From: Planctomycetia bacterium | GTDB taxonomy: Bacteria > Planctomycetota > Planctomycetia > Pirellulales > PNKZ01 | Length of the DNA stretch: 64,000 nucleotides | NCBI GenBank assembly: GCA_021413845.1 | Contig: JAIOPP010000095.1 | Span: forward strand, 5,993-69,992 | Direction of reading: 5' to 3' | Part shown: positions 48,707 through 56,997 of the stretch, piece after piece | Layout: each line of letters opens with the position of its first letter | Numbering within the stretch: the first letter of the stretch is position 1 | The notes under the pieces: model-generated | Database searches by the model: none | Told to the model about the DNA's origin: nothing | The model's input: the letters and a program-made list of their open reading frames with translations, nothing else | Program-made: the position numbers and the translations under genes

Positions 48707-49648
48707 CTACTTACCGGCGATGCGAGCTAGAACTTTGTCTTGGGTTTCTTTAAGGACTTGTGCGCTGCGCTTCAAGGCTTGCACTTCCTTCGGCCAGAGT
48801 TCGATTTCGTGCGTGGCGAGTACTCCCTTGCGGCCGACCACGGTCGGGACCGAAATTGCGACGTCGCGAATGCCGTAGCAGCCGTTCTGCACGCTCGACA
48901 CCGGCAGCACGCAGCGCCGGTCGAGTGCGACGGCTTCGATCACGGCTTGAATCGCAAGGCCGACGGCGAAGCCTGCGCCTCCCTTTTTCTTAATCACTTC
49001 CGCACCGGAGCCCTTCGTGCGCGTGAAGAGTTCATCAGCCAAGCGGGGCTGCCAGCCAGGAAACTTTTCGAGCGGCAACCCAGCGACGCTCGCGCTCGAC
49101 CAGATCGGCACCATGCTATCGCCGTGCTCGCCCAGGATGAGGGCCGAGACTTGCGTCGGCGCGGCGTCGAGCTTGTCGGCGATCAAGCTGCGGAAGCGAA
49201 TCGTATCGAGCACGGTGCCGAGCCCGATGACTTGCGCCGGCGGGAGCTTGAGCCGTTGCGCGGCGACATACGTGAGAATATCGACCGGGTTCGACACCAC
49301 GACGACGATCGCGCCCGGCTTGATGCCGACCTTGACGATCTCGTTCAAGATGCCGACGAAGAGATCGGTGTTGCGATTGATGAGATCGAGCCGGCTTTCA
49401 TCCGGCTTGCGCCGCAGGCCGGCCGTGATGCAGATCAGGTCGCTGGTGGGAATGTGTTCGTAGCCGCCGGACGAAATCTTTTGGTCGGCCATGAGCGTGG
49501 CGCCGTGCAACAGATCGAGAGCTTGCCCCTCGACCGCTTCGGCGTTGACGTCTAACAGCGCGATCTCGCGGACGACTTTGCCCGTTTGCAACGCGAACGC
49601 AGTGCATGAGCCCACGAGCCCTGCCCCGCCGATGATGCTGACTTTCAT
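48707..49648 (-). CDS. L-lactate/malate dehydrogenase-family oxidoreductase (BMC-locus associated)
   Basis: Rossmann motif MKVSIIGGAGLVGS, substrate loop AGLRRKPDESRLDL, and GEHGDS. Confidence 0.85.
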   Translation of the reverse strand: MKVSIIGGAGLVGSCTAFALQTGKVVREIALLDVNAEAVEGQALDLLHGATLMADQKISSGGYEHIPTSDLICITAGLRRKPDESRLDLINRNTDLFVGILNEIVKVGIKPGAIVVVVSNPVDILTYVAAQRLKLPPAQVIGLGTVLDTIRFRSLIADKLDAAPTQVSALILGEHGDSMVPIWSSASVAGLPLEKFPGWQPRLADELFTRTKGSGAEVIKKKGGAGFAVGLAIQAVIEAVALDRRCVLPVSSVQNGCYGIRDVAISVPTVVGRKGVLATHEIELWPKEVQALKRSAQVLKETQDKVLARIAGK

Positions 49649-49711
49649 GAGAACCGACCTTATCTAAAATGAGCTTCTATTTTGTTGTTCTAATCGGGCG
49701 TTGCGGGCTAC

Positions 49712-50641
49712 TTATCGCTTCGAGAGTTCGGCCATCACGCGATCGGTGATCATCTTCACCAGCGATTCTTGGTCGATGGCGTTGGCGCTGCCCCCCAGCG
49801 CGGCCGCGGCGGCCGATTTAATCGCTTCGACGACCGGCGTTCCTTCGGTCACTACGCCGGCAGCGGACTTGCCTCCCGGCATCGGCGGCGGAGCGTCGAA
49901 GGCGCGGCGTTCGATACCGGCCGACTTCCAACTGTCGCGGAAGACGTCGTTGGCGCAAATGTCGCAATTCTCCATGCCCGGCGCAACGCGAGGATCGCTC
50001 CAACCCCATTTGGTTTTGAGGTCGATCAACTCTTGCGACTTCTGTTGATTCAAATACGTCACCTTGCCGAGGTCTTTGGCGAGCATGAGCATGCGACAAT
50101 AGGCATCGAGAATTTCGGTCCACCAGTAGGCCCGTTCGACGCTCTCGCCGTAGCTGATCGTGCCGTGGTTGGCGAGAATGATCACGTTCGTCTTCTTCAC
50201 GAACGGCAGCACCGTGTTCGCAAAGGCATCGCCGCCGGGGGTCTCGTAGACCGTGATCGGCGTCTCGCCGAGAAACACTTCGACTTCCGGCAACACGCAT
50301 TGCGGGATCGGCTCGCGAGCGATCGCGAAGGCCGTGGCGTGCGGCGGGTGGCAGTGGACGCAGCTCTTCACGTCCGGCCGTTCCTTCATGATCGCCAAGT
50401 GCAGTAGCACTTCGCTCGTGCGCTTGCGCACTCCGGCAAGCTGTTTCCCTTCCATATCGACCGTGCAAATATCCTCGGGCTTCATGAACCCTTTGCAGAT
50501 CATCGTCGGCGTGCAGAGAACTTCGTTCTCGCTGAGGCGATACGTGATGTTGCCGTCGTTCGCCGCGGCGAAGCCTTTCGCATACAAGCGTCGGCCGATC
50601 TCGCAGATCTCTTGTTTGATTTTGTGGACGTTGACAGCCAT
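49712..50641 (-). CDS. class II aldolase (fuculose/rhamnulose-phosphate aldolase type) with C-terminal extension
   Basis: Metal-binding region VHCHPPHATAF. An extension of about 90 aa ends in the amphipathic helix ESLVKMITDRVMAELSKR, which looks like an encapsulation peptide. Confidence 0.85.
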   Translation of the reverse strand: MAVNVHKIKQEICEIGRRLYAKGFAAANDGNITYRLSENEVLCTPTMICKGFMKPEDICTVDMEGKQLAGVRKRTSEVLLHLAIMKERPDVKSCVHCHPPHATAFAIAREPIPQCVLPEVEVFLGETPITVYETPGGDAFANTVLPFVKKTNVIILANHGTISYGESVERAYWWTEILDAYCRMLMLAKDLGKVTYLNQQKSQELIDLKTKWGWSDPRVAPGMENCDICANDVFRDSWKSAGIERRAFDAPPPMPGGKSAAGVVTEGTPVVEAIKSAAAAALGGSANAIDQESLVKMITDRVMAELSKR

Positions 50642-50705
50642 GAGCGTAGGTTCTTGATTCCGGTTTTAGTGACTGATATTTTTCGCGCGTGCGATCACGC
50701 AACGG

Positions 50706-50990
50706 CTAATGGGCGATTTCTATTTGATCTAAGATGGCGGCGTTGTAGGCGTCGAGCGGCTTGTAGTTCGGCGCGAAAGGTTGAGCCGCTTCGACTCCTT
50801 CGCTGAACGCGATCATGCTTCCGATCCCGGCTCCGAGGTCGTCGTACACGACCAACTCTTCTCCCTGCTCCGTCGATGTTCCCTGGAGATTCGCCAGCGA
50901 CTTCGCGACGACCAAGCGAAAGCTCCCGCCGATGAGGCTGGCATGCCTCCGGCTGAGCGTCACCGTGCCGATCACTTCTCCGATACGCAT
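50706..50990 (-). CDS. BMC-P pentamer vertex protein (EutN/CcmL family)
   Basis: 94 aa. MRIGEVIGTVTLSRRHASLIGGSFRLVV is an EutN-type N-terminus. Confidence 0.8.
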   Translation of the reverse strand: MRIGEVIGTVTLSRRHASLIGGSFRLVVAKSLANLQGTSTEQGEELVVYDDLGAGIGSMIAFSEGVEAAQPFAPNYKPLDAYNAAILDQIEIAH

Positions 50991-51015
50991 CGCTAGAACT
51001 CTATTTTCAAAACGT

Positions 51016-51717
51016 CTATTTCAAAATGGCTTCGTATTTCGCCGGGACCGATACTGCGACCGCGAACGACTTCAACCAGCGTTTGATCTGCATGCCGCCG
51101 AACCGCACGCTGCGGACGACGAACACGTTCGCCCCGACGGCCCGAGCCGCACGTTCGATCGTCGCGGCATCGTCGCCGCCGACCGCTCGCACTCCGACCC
51201 GCCGATTGAGCACTACCAAAGCGACATCCGCTTCGTCGGTCACCAGCAATCCGATCGCTCCCCCCTTCGCTACCTCGTCGCTCAACTCTCGCACCGCGGC
51301 CGCTAGGCCGGTTTGCGCAAGCTGCTCGACTTTACATCCTTCGCTTCGCAAGTCCCTCGTCAAACGACTCGTGTCGATCTTCGCTTCCGCCGCCGCGACG
51401 ACGATCGTCCGCATTGCGACAGTCGCCGATCCGGCACCGGCCGCGCGCCGCACGAGCGCGATCTTCTTCTCTCGCAACAGGTCTCGCACCGCCGGCGTGA
51501 CGATCGCCCGCTCGGCAATGCTCAGCCGCGCGATGCCCGGCAGCCGACCTCGCAAATCCTCCAGTGCAACCACGCGTCCTTCGACCACCAACTCGTTCGC
51601 TACGACGGCCTGCTTCGTTTCCGTTTCCACGGTCTTCGGCCCGACGCTTCGTTCGCTTGCCAAGCGCGACATCACATCGCGGACAATGCGTTCGATTTCG
51701 TCGGCCGTTACGTTCAT
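51016..51717 (-). CDS. BMC-locus protein of unknown function with N-terminal encapsulation-peptide-like helix
   Basis: 233 aa. The N-terminal helix is ADEIERIVRDVMSRL. The C-terminal half (IGLLVTDEADVALVVLNRRVGVRAVGGDDAATIERAARAVGANVFVV) is faintly RpiB/LacAB-like. Confidence 0.6.
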   Translation of the reverse strand: MNVTADEIERIVRDVMSRLASERSVGPKTVETETKQAVVANELVVEGRVVALEDLRGRLPGIARLSIAERAIVTPAVRDLLREKKIALVRRAAGAGSATVAMRTIVVAAAEAKIDTSRLTRDLRSEGCKVEQLAQTGLAAAVRELSDEVAKGGAIGLLVTDEADVALVVLNRRVGVRAVGGDDAATIERAARAVGANVFVVRSVRFGGMQIKRWLKSFAVAVSVPAKYEAILK

Positions 51718-51723
51718 GCTTTA

Positions 51724-51751
51724 GTTCTTGGTTCGTCGTTCTTCGTTCGTC
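51724..51751. repeat. tandem heptamer array (4 units)
   Basis: GTTCTTG GTTCGTC GTTCTTC GTTCGTC. It lies 6 nt upstream of the ATG at 51717 (coding-strand reading: GACGAAC GAAGAAC GACGAAC CAAGAAC). Confidence 0.9.
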
Positions 51752-51772
51752 GTCGATGGGACGACGCTGCAC

Positions 51773-52033
51773 TCACTCGTCGACGATCCCCAACACGCTC
51801 CAACGAACCGGCGAGTTCTTGCTCTTCATTAAGTCGCGAGTGCCGCTGCCGTCGCTCGTAATCATCACCAACTCTCCCGGCCCTGCCCCGAGGCTATCGA
51901 TCGAGACGACGGGATCGCCGTCCGGCGAACGACCATCGGCCTGCAACATCTGCACGACGAGCATCTTCCAACCCTGGAGAGTCGGATGCTTGATCGTACT
52001 GGTGGTGGTGCCGACGACGCGAGCCAATTGCAT
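51773..52033 (-). CDS. BMC-P pentamer vertex protein (EutN/CcmL family)
   Basis: 86 aa. MQLARVVGTTTSTIKHPTLQGWKMLVVQ. Confidence 0.85.
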   Translation of the reverse strand: MQLARVVGTTTSTIKHPTLQGWKMLVVQMLQADGRSPDGDPVVSIDSLGAGPGELVMITSDGSGTRDLMKSKNSPVRWSVLGIVDE

Positions 52034-52074
52034 GGGTGGTTGTATTTACTATTGAGTTCGCGACTGTTTGTTTG

Positions 52075-52158
52075 AATGACTAATGACTAATGACGTAAGG
52101 TTCGGAGCTTGCATCCAGCTTCTTGTGATTCATTAGTCATTAGGATTTAGTCATTGGG
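52075..52158. repeat. inverted heptamer repeats (TGACTAA units) forming a hairpin inside the BMC operon
   Basis: AATGACT AATGACT AATGACG on the left, TCATTAG TCATTAG ... TTAGTCATT on the right. There is a perfect 14-bp complement between 52080..52093 and 52130..52143. Confidence 0.85.
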
Positions 52159-52167
52159 TTTTTCATT

Positions 52168-53613
52168 TTAGGCCTTGCCCAAAATCCGCAGGTCGTCGAT
52201 GAGCGAGCAGCGGCGTTCGCGGGTGAACGTCAGCGGCGTCGTCACTCCTTCTCCGGTCGGCGTCGCGATCGAGAACGAGAGATAACCTTCTCCCCCGAGA
52301 CCGAGCGAAGCCATGCAAGGGCCGTTTTTTACGAACAGGGTCGTGTCCATCTCGCGGCCCATCTTCGTCATGTTGCGGACGTTGTTCGAGTGGATGATCG
52401 CGGTGTGGCGGAAGCCGTGCTCGTAGAACTTCGCCTTCGCGATCGCTTCGTCGACGTTGCGGCAGCGGATGAACGGCAAGAACGGCATCATCTGTTCGAC
52501 GGGCACGAACGGGTTCGTCTCATCGGTCTCGCCGAAGAGCAATTCCGTTTTATCCGAAACCGACTTGCCGATGCCGCGTGCGAGCACCGCCGCATCTTGG
52601 CCGAGAAATTCCTTGGCCGGTGCGTCGTGCTTGTGTTCCCCTTCGCCGACTTTGATGATCGCGACCTTCGTGAGCGCATCGACTTCGCGGGCGTTCAAGC
52701 GTGCGGCACCGGCACGATCCATCGCCGCCATCATCTGATCGAAGACGCTCTCGACGACGAAGACTTCTTTCTCGGCGATGCAAAGCAGGTTGTTGTCGTA
52801 CGACGCGCCGAGGATCATCGCGGCCGCGGCCCGATCGAGATCGGCCGTTTCGTCGACGACGACCGGCGGATTGCCCGGCCCCGCCACAACGGCCCGTTTG
52901 CCGCTATTCAAAGCAGCCCGAGCGACAGCCGGGCCCCCGGTAACGCAGATCAGCTTCACGCCGCGATGCTTGAAGATGCCGTTGGCGGTGTCGAGCGTCG
53001 GCTCGGCGATCACGCAGATTAGGTTGTCGATGCCGACGTCGCGATAAATCGCTTCGTTGAAGCGGCGAACCCCTTCGGCGGCGATCTTCTTGCCGCTCGG
53101 ATGCGGATTGACGACCAGCGTATTGCCGCCGGCGATCATACTTACGGCGTTGCCCGTGATGGTCGGCAAGGAATGCGTGACCGGCGTGATGCAGCCGATG
53201 ACGCCGAACGGGGCGTGCTCGATCACGGCGAGGCCGTGGTCTCCGCTGAAGACTTCGCTGCGCATGAACTCGACGCCCGGAGTGCGCTGCCCGAGGGTCT
53301 TCAGCTTCTCGATCTTGTGGACCAAGCGGCCGACTTTGGTTTCGTTCATTTCGGCGGTGCCGAGCTCGACGCATTGATCGATCGAGATCCGGCGGATGTG
53401 GTCGATGATCCGCTTCCGGTCTTCGATCGTCCGCTTCGAGAGTTGCTCGAACGCCTCCGTCGCCGCCGCGACCGCTTCATCGACATCGGTGAAGATGCCG
53501 TAACGTCCGGTAAACGACTTCGCGCCGGCATGCGCCCGAGCGCCGAGGCCCGACGTGCCGAGATTCTTCAAGACTTCTTGAACGACGTTACGAATCAGGT
53601 CTTCGGTCTGCAT
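52168..53613 (-). CDS. CoA-acylating aldehyde dehydrogenase (PduP/EutE type)
   Basis: 481 aa. The catalytic-Cys motif is [12 protein letters not shown]. The N-terminal amphipathic helix [15 protein letters not shown] looks like an encapsulation peptide. Confidence 0.9.
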   Translation of the reverse strand: MQTEDLIRNVVQEVLKNLGTSGLGARAHAGAKSFTGRYGIFTDVDEAVAAATEAFEQLSKRTIEDRKRIIDHIRRISIDQCVELGTAEMNETKVGRLVHKIEKLKTLGQRTPGVEFMRSEVFSGDHGLAVIEHAPFGVIGCITPVTHSLPTITGNAVSMIAGGNTLVVNPHPSGKKIAAEGVRRFNEAIYRDVGIDNLICVIAEPTLDTANGIFKHRGVKLICVTGGPAVARAALNSGKRAVVAGPGNPPVVVDETADLDRAAAAMILGASYDNNLLCIAEKEVFVVESVFDQMMAAMDRAGAARLNAREVDALTKVAIIKVGEGEHKHDAPAKEFLGQDAAVLARGIGKSVSDKTELLFGETDETNPFVPVEQMMPFLPFIRCRNVDEAIAKAKFYEHGFRHTAIIHSNNVRNMTKMGREMDTTLFVKNGPCMASLGLGGEGYLSFSIATPTGEGVTTPLTFTRERRCSLIDDLRILGKA

Positions 53614-53667
53614 GGATGGAGCGCCGAGTTAGTTGGAGTTACGGGTGTCTTATTGAGTATTTGGGTT

Positions 53668-53814
53668 AATGACGAATGCCGAAGTTCAAATGACGAAAGA
53701 AGCACGAAATCAGAATGACGAATGAATCTCGATCGGATTGTGATACTTCAAGCAGCTCTTCGACATTCGTGCTTCGTCATTCTTTCGACATTCGGATTTC
53801 GACATTCGTCATTG
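53668..53814. repeat. long imperfect inverted repeat built from TGACGAA-type heptamers, inside the BMC operon
   Basis: The outer 11 bp are perfect (AATGACGAATG at 53668..53678 against CATTCGTCATT at 53803..53813). Inner blocks CGAA, AATG, CGAAAGAA and GCACGAA stay in register, apart from one extra heptamer in the right arm. Confidence 0.85.
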
Positions 53815-53815
53815 C

Positions 53816-54130
53816 CTATTGTGTCTGTCGATCGAACACGTTTTGATTGTCCACCTGCACCGTGTCGACGATGCCGATGATCACGGCGTCGATCGGGAGG
53901 CTTTTCGTTTCCGGCGTGAGGCGAGCGCTGGAGCCTTGCACGATCAGCACGAACTCTCCTTCGCCCGCTCCGATCGTGTCGCAGGCGATGAACGTTCGAC
54001 CGGTCGTAATCAGCTTTTGCCGGTTCGCCGGATCGATTCGATACGGCTCGACGATGAGCAGCTTTTGGCCGCGCATCGAGTCGACCTTGTGCGACGCCAC
54101 GACGCTGCCGGTTACTTTTGCCACGAACAT
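53816..54130 (-). CDS. BMC-P pentamer vertex protein (EutN/CcmL family)
   Basis: Track ORF 53816..54343; I use the ATG at 54130 (MFVAKVTGSVVASHKVDSMRGQKLLIVEP). Confidence 0.85.
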   Translation of the reverse strand: MFVAKVTGSVVASHKVDSMRGQKLLIVEPYRIDPANRQKLITTGRTFIACDTIGAGEGEFVLIVQGSSARLTPETKSLPIDAVIIGIVDTVQVDNQNVFDRQTQ

Positions 54131-54146
54131 AAAAAACTCGATTCGA

Positions 54147-55337
54147 TTATTTGCCGGCTTCGAGCAGTTGTTTCGATTGCCTCGCGACCACGATCTCTTC
54201 GTTCGTCGGGATGATCCAGACCTGCGTCCGACTCTCGTCGGCGCTGATCCGCCCTTCGCCCTTCGCCGCGGCGTTGCGGCCGGCGTCGAGCTTGATGCCG
54301 AGTTCTTCCAGCCCCGCACAAACGTTTGCCCGCAGCTCGACACCGTTCTCGCCGATGCCGCCGGCGAAGGCGATCACATCGCAACCGCCGAGCTCGACGA
54401 GATACGCTCCGAGAAACTGACGAATGCCGCCGATAAATACGTCGAGTGCCAGTCGCGCTCGGGCATTCCCTGCGGCAGCCGCTTTGTTCACATCGCGGAT
54501 GTCTTCCGAGACGCCGCTTAAGCCGAGCAACCCGCTTTGGTTTGCTAAGACTTCGAGCGTTTCTTCGAGCGATTTGCCCGTCCGCTTCATCACTACAGGC
54601 AGCGCAAACGGATCGAAATCACTGACGCGGTTGTTGTGTAACAAGCCGGTCTGCGGGCTCATGCCCATGCTGTTCGCCACGCTCTCGCCGCTGCGAATCG
54701 CACAAAGCGAGTTCGAGCCGCCGAGATGGCAGGAGATCACGCGCAGATCTTTTCGTCCGAGCAACTCGGCGCACCGGCCGCCGATGTAGCGGTGGCTCGC
54801 GCCGTGAAAACCCCAACGTCGGATCGAGTACTCTTCCGCCCATTGATACGGCACGGCGTAGTAGTAGTTCCGCGCCGGGATCGTCTGATGAAAGCCGGTT
54901 TCGAAGGCCGCGACCAAGGGAATCTCAGGCAGCTTCTCGCTCAGCAACCGCATCGCCGCGATATACGGAGGGTTATGCGCCGGAGCGACCCGACTCATCT
55001 CTTCCATCGCCGCGAGCACGTCGGGAGTGACGCGCTGCACGCCGCTGAAAGTTCCCCCATGCACCGCTTTGAAGCCGATCGCCGCCACCTCGCTGCCGTC
55101 CTTCAAACAACCATCGACCGGATCGGTCAGCTGCTCCAAGCAACGGCGCACCGCGACCGCATGGTCGGGCACCGAGGCCGTGAGCTCGCTCCGCTTGCCG
55201 GCGATCTCGACGAAGCACTTGCTCTCGGGAGAACCGATGCGCTCGGTTCCGCCGCGCGCCAACTGGCGCTCGTCGGTCATGTCGAACAAACGAAACTTAA
55301 AACTGGTCGAGCCGAGGTTGGCGACGAGAATTTTCAT
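54147..55337 (-). CDS. ackA: acetate kinase
   Basis: 396 aa. N-terminus [15 protein letters not shown], with an ASKHA fold throughout. Confidence 0.9.
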   Translation of the reverse strand: MKILVANLGSTSFKFRLFDMTDERQLARGGTERIGSPESKCFVEIAGKRSELTASVPDHAVAVRRCLEQLTDPVDGCLKDGSEVAAIGFKAVHGGTFSGVQRVTPDVLAAMEEMSRVAPAHNPPYIAAMRLLSEKLPEIPLVAAFETGFHQTIPARNYYYAVPYQWAEEYSIRRWGFHGASHRYIGGRCAELLGRKDLRVISCHLGGSNSLCAIRSGESVANSMGMSPQTGLLHNNRVSDFDPFALPVVMKRTGKSLEETLEVLANQSGLLGLSGVSEDIRDVNKAAAAGNARARLALDVFIGGIRQFLGAYLVELGGCDVIAFAGGIGENGVELRANVCAGLEELGIKLDAGRNAAAKGEGRISADESRTQVWIIPTNEEIVVARQSKQLLEAGK

Positions 55338-55367
55338 CCTTGAGATCTCCTGATCCTGATTCGCAGC

Positions 55368-55778
55368 TTACGAGAAGTAGGCCTTGACCAAACCTTCCGA
55401 CGGACGCGGAATGACATGGCTCGCGGCTACTTCGCCGACTTGCTGGCCGGCTTGAACGCCTGCTTCGACCGCAGCACGCACGCTACCGACGTCGCCGCGG
55501 ACGATCGCCGTCACGAGACCGCCGCCGATCGAGATTCGCTTCACGATTTCTACGTTCGCGGCCTTCGCCATCGCGTCGGTCACTTCGACCAACGTCACGA
55601 GACCCTTCGTTTCCACCAAACCGATTGCTTCGTTCATGGGGCGCTGTTCCTTAATAGGAGCTTGTACGGGCTGTTGAATCGCCGGTTCGACCGGCGCTTT
55701 CGTTTCGGGCTTCTTCAATGGTCTCGGCGCGGCAGTCTTGCGCGGTCGGACCGGTGGCTTGCGTTTACTGACTGCCAT
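55368..55778 (-). CDS. BMC-H hexamer shell protein (Pfam00936 type) with possible basic Pro/Lys-rich N-terminal extension
   Basis: The core MNEAIGLVETKGLVTLVEVTDAMAKAANVEIV starts at residue 48 of the ORF. An alternative ATG at 55637 has AAGGA about 10 nt upstream. Confidence 0.85.
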   Translation of the reverse strand: MAVSKRKPPVRPRKTAAPRPLKKPETKAPVEPAIQQPVQAPIKEQRPMNEAIGLVETKGLVTLVEVTDAMAKAANVEIVKRISIGGGLVTAIVRGDVGSVRAAVEAGVQAGQQVGEVAASHVIPRPSEGLVKAYFS

Positions 55779-55836
55779 AATTCATCTCGTTTTGACGAGC
55801 AGGATCGACGAGCGAAAAACCAAATATGACTCGGAA

Positions 55837-56133
55837 CTACTCGACGCTCGTCAGACCTTGCGGCAAGACGATGCCGATGTCGTCGTGCGGACGCGGGATC
55901 ACCTGCACGCTGACGACTTCGCCGATGCGTCCGGCAGCCGCGGCACCGGCATCGGTCGCAGCCTTGACGGCCGCCACGTCGCCGGTCACGAACGCCGTGA
56001 CGAGCCCGCTGCCGACTTTGTCCCAACCGAGAAAGCGCACGTTGGCCGCCTTCATCATCGCATCGCTGGCTTCGACCAGGGCGACGAAGCCCTTGGTTTC
56101 GATCATGCCCAGCGCTTCACTCAACTTCGCCAT
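55837..56133 (-). CDS. BMC-H hexamer shell protein (Pfam00936 type)
   Basis: ATG at 56133: [36 protein letters not shown]. Confidence 0.9.
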   Translation of the reverse strand: MAKLSEALGMIETKGFVALVEASDAMMKAANVRFLGWDKVGSGLVTAFVTGDVAAVKAATDAGAAAAGRIGEVVSVQVIPRPHDDIGIVLPQGLTSVE

Positions 56134-56252
56134 CGAAAAATCTCCCAAAGCGAGAAACGAAAACTGAACGGGTAAATGACTCACTACTGACTTACGCATG
56201 CGACTCGCGGCCGGACACTCTTCGTTCCCGGCCGGCGTCGCTTAACGAACGA

Positions 56253-56927
56253 TTACTGTTTCAAAAGCTCGACCTTGGTCGCGTGGTCGAGATCGGCCGC
56301 GTTCCCTTCATCGGTATCGATATGCACTTCGAGCTTGCTCGTCGCATCGGCGCGAACCAGCAAGTTCTCGAACACGATTCCGCAACTCGAATGAATCCGC
56401 AGGTTCATGCGGTCGCCGTTCTTCACGCCGTAGCGGGCGGCATCGTCGAAGTTCATGTGTACGTGCCGCTCGGCGCGAATCACCCCTTCCTTCAATTCGA
56501 CGACCCCCTTCGGCCCGACGAGCACGCAACCGGGAGTTCCCTCGATCTTGCCGCTAGCACGGACGGGCAGGTCGATCCCAAGCGAAATGCCGTCGGTAAA
56601 GGCGAGCTCGACTTGGCTGAACGGGCGCGTCGGCCCGAGCACGCGCACGGTCGGCAACATCCGGCGGCGCGGACCGACGACCATCACGGTCTCGGCGGCG
56701 GCGAAGAAGCCGTCTTGATAGAGGGGCTTGTCGGGCGTGAGCACGGCTCCGCGGCCGAACAAGATTTCGACGTCGGCATCGGTGAGATGCACATGGCGCG
56801 CGGAAACGCTGACGGCCAATTCGCGCTGCGCGGAACTTCCGTTCTGCGCGGCGGCAGGCTGCTTATAGACGATCTCACGGACGATCCGCTCGATCGCGGC
56901 GCGGTCTAACGTGGGGGCGATGCTCAT
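56253..56927 (-). CDS. pduL: phosphate acyltransferase PduL
   Basis: ATG at 56927. The two PduL repeats are [18 protein letters not shown] and [17 protein letters not shown]. The N-terminal helix [15 protein letters not shown] looks like an encapsulation peptide. Confidence 0.85.
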   Translation of the reverse strand: MSIAPTLDRAAIERIVREIVYKQPAAAQNGSSAQRELAVSVSARHVHLTDADVEILFGRGAVLTPDKPLYQDGFFAAAETVMVVGPRRRMLPTVRVLGPTRPFSQVELAFTDGISLGIDLPVRASGKIEGTPGCVLVGPKGVVELKEGVIRAERHVHMNFDDAARYGVKNGDRMNLRIHSSCGIVFENLLVRADATSKLEVHIDTDEGNAADLDHATKVELLKQ

Positions 56928-56997
56928 AATGTGTTCGGGTCGGATGTTCTTGTCGGCGCTGCGAGGCGTTCGTGTTTTCGAGAGGCTGCGTATTCGG

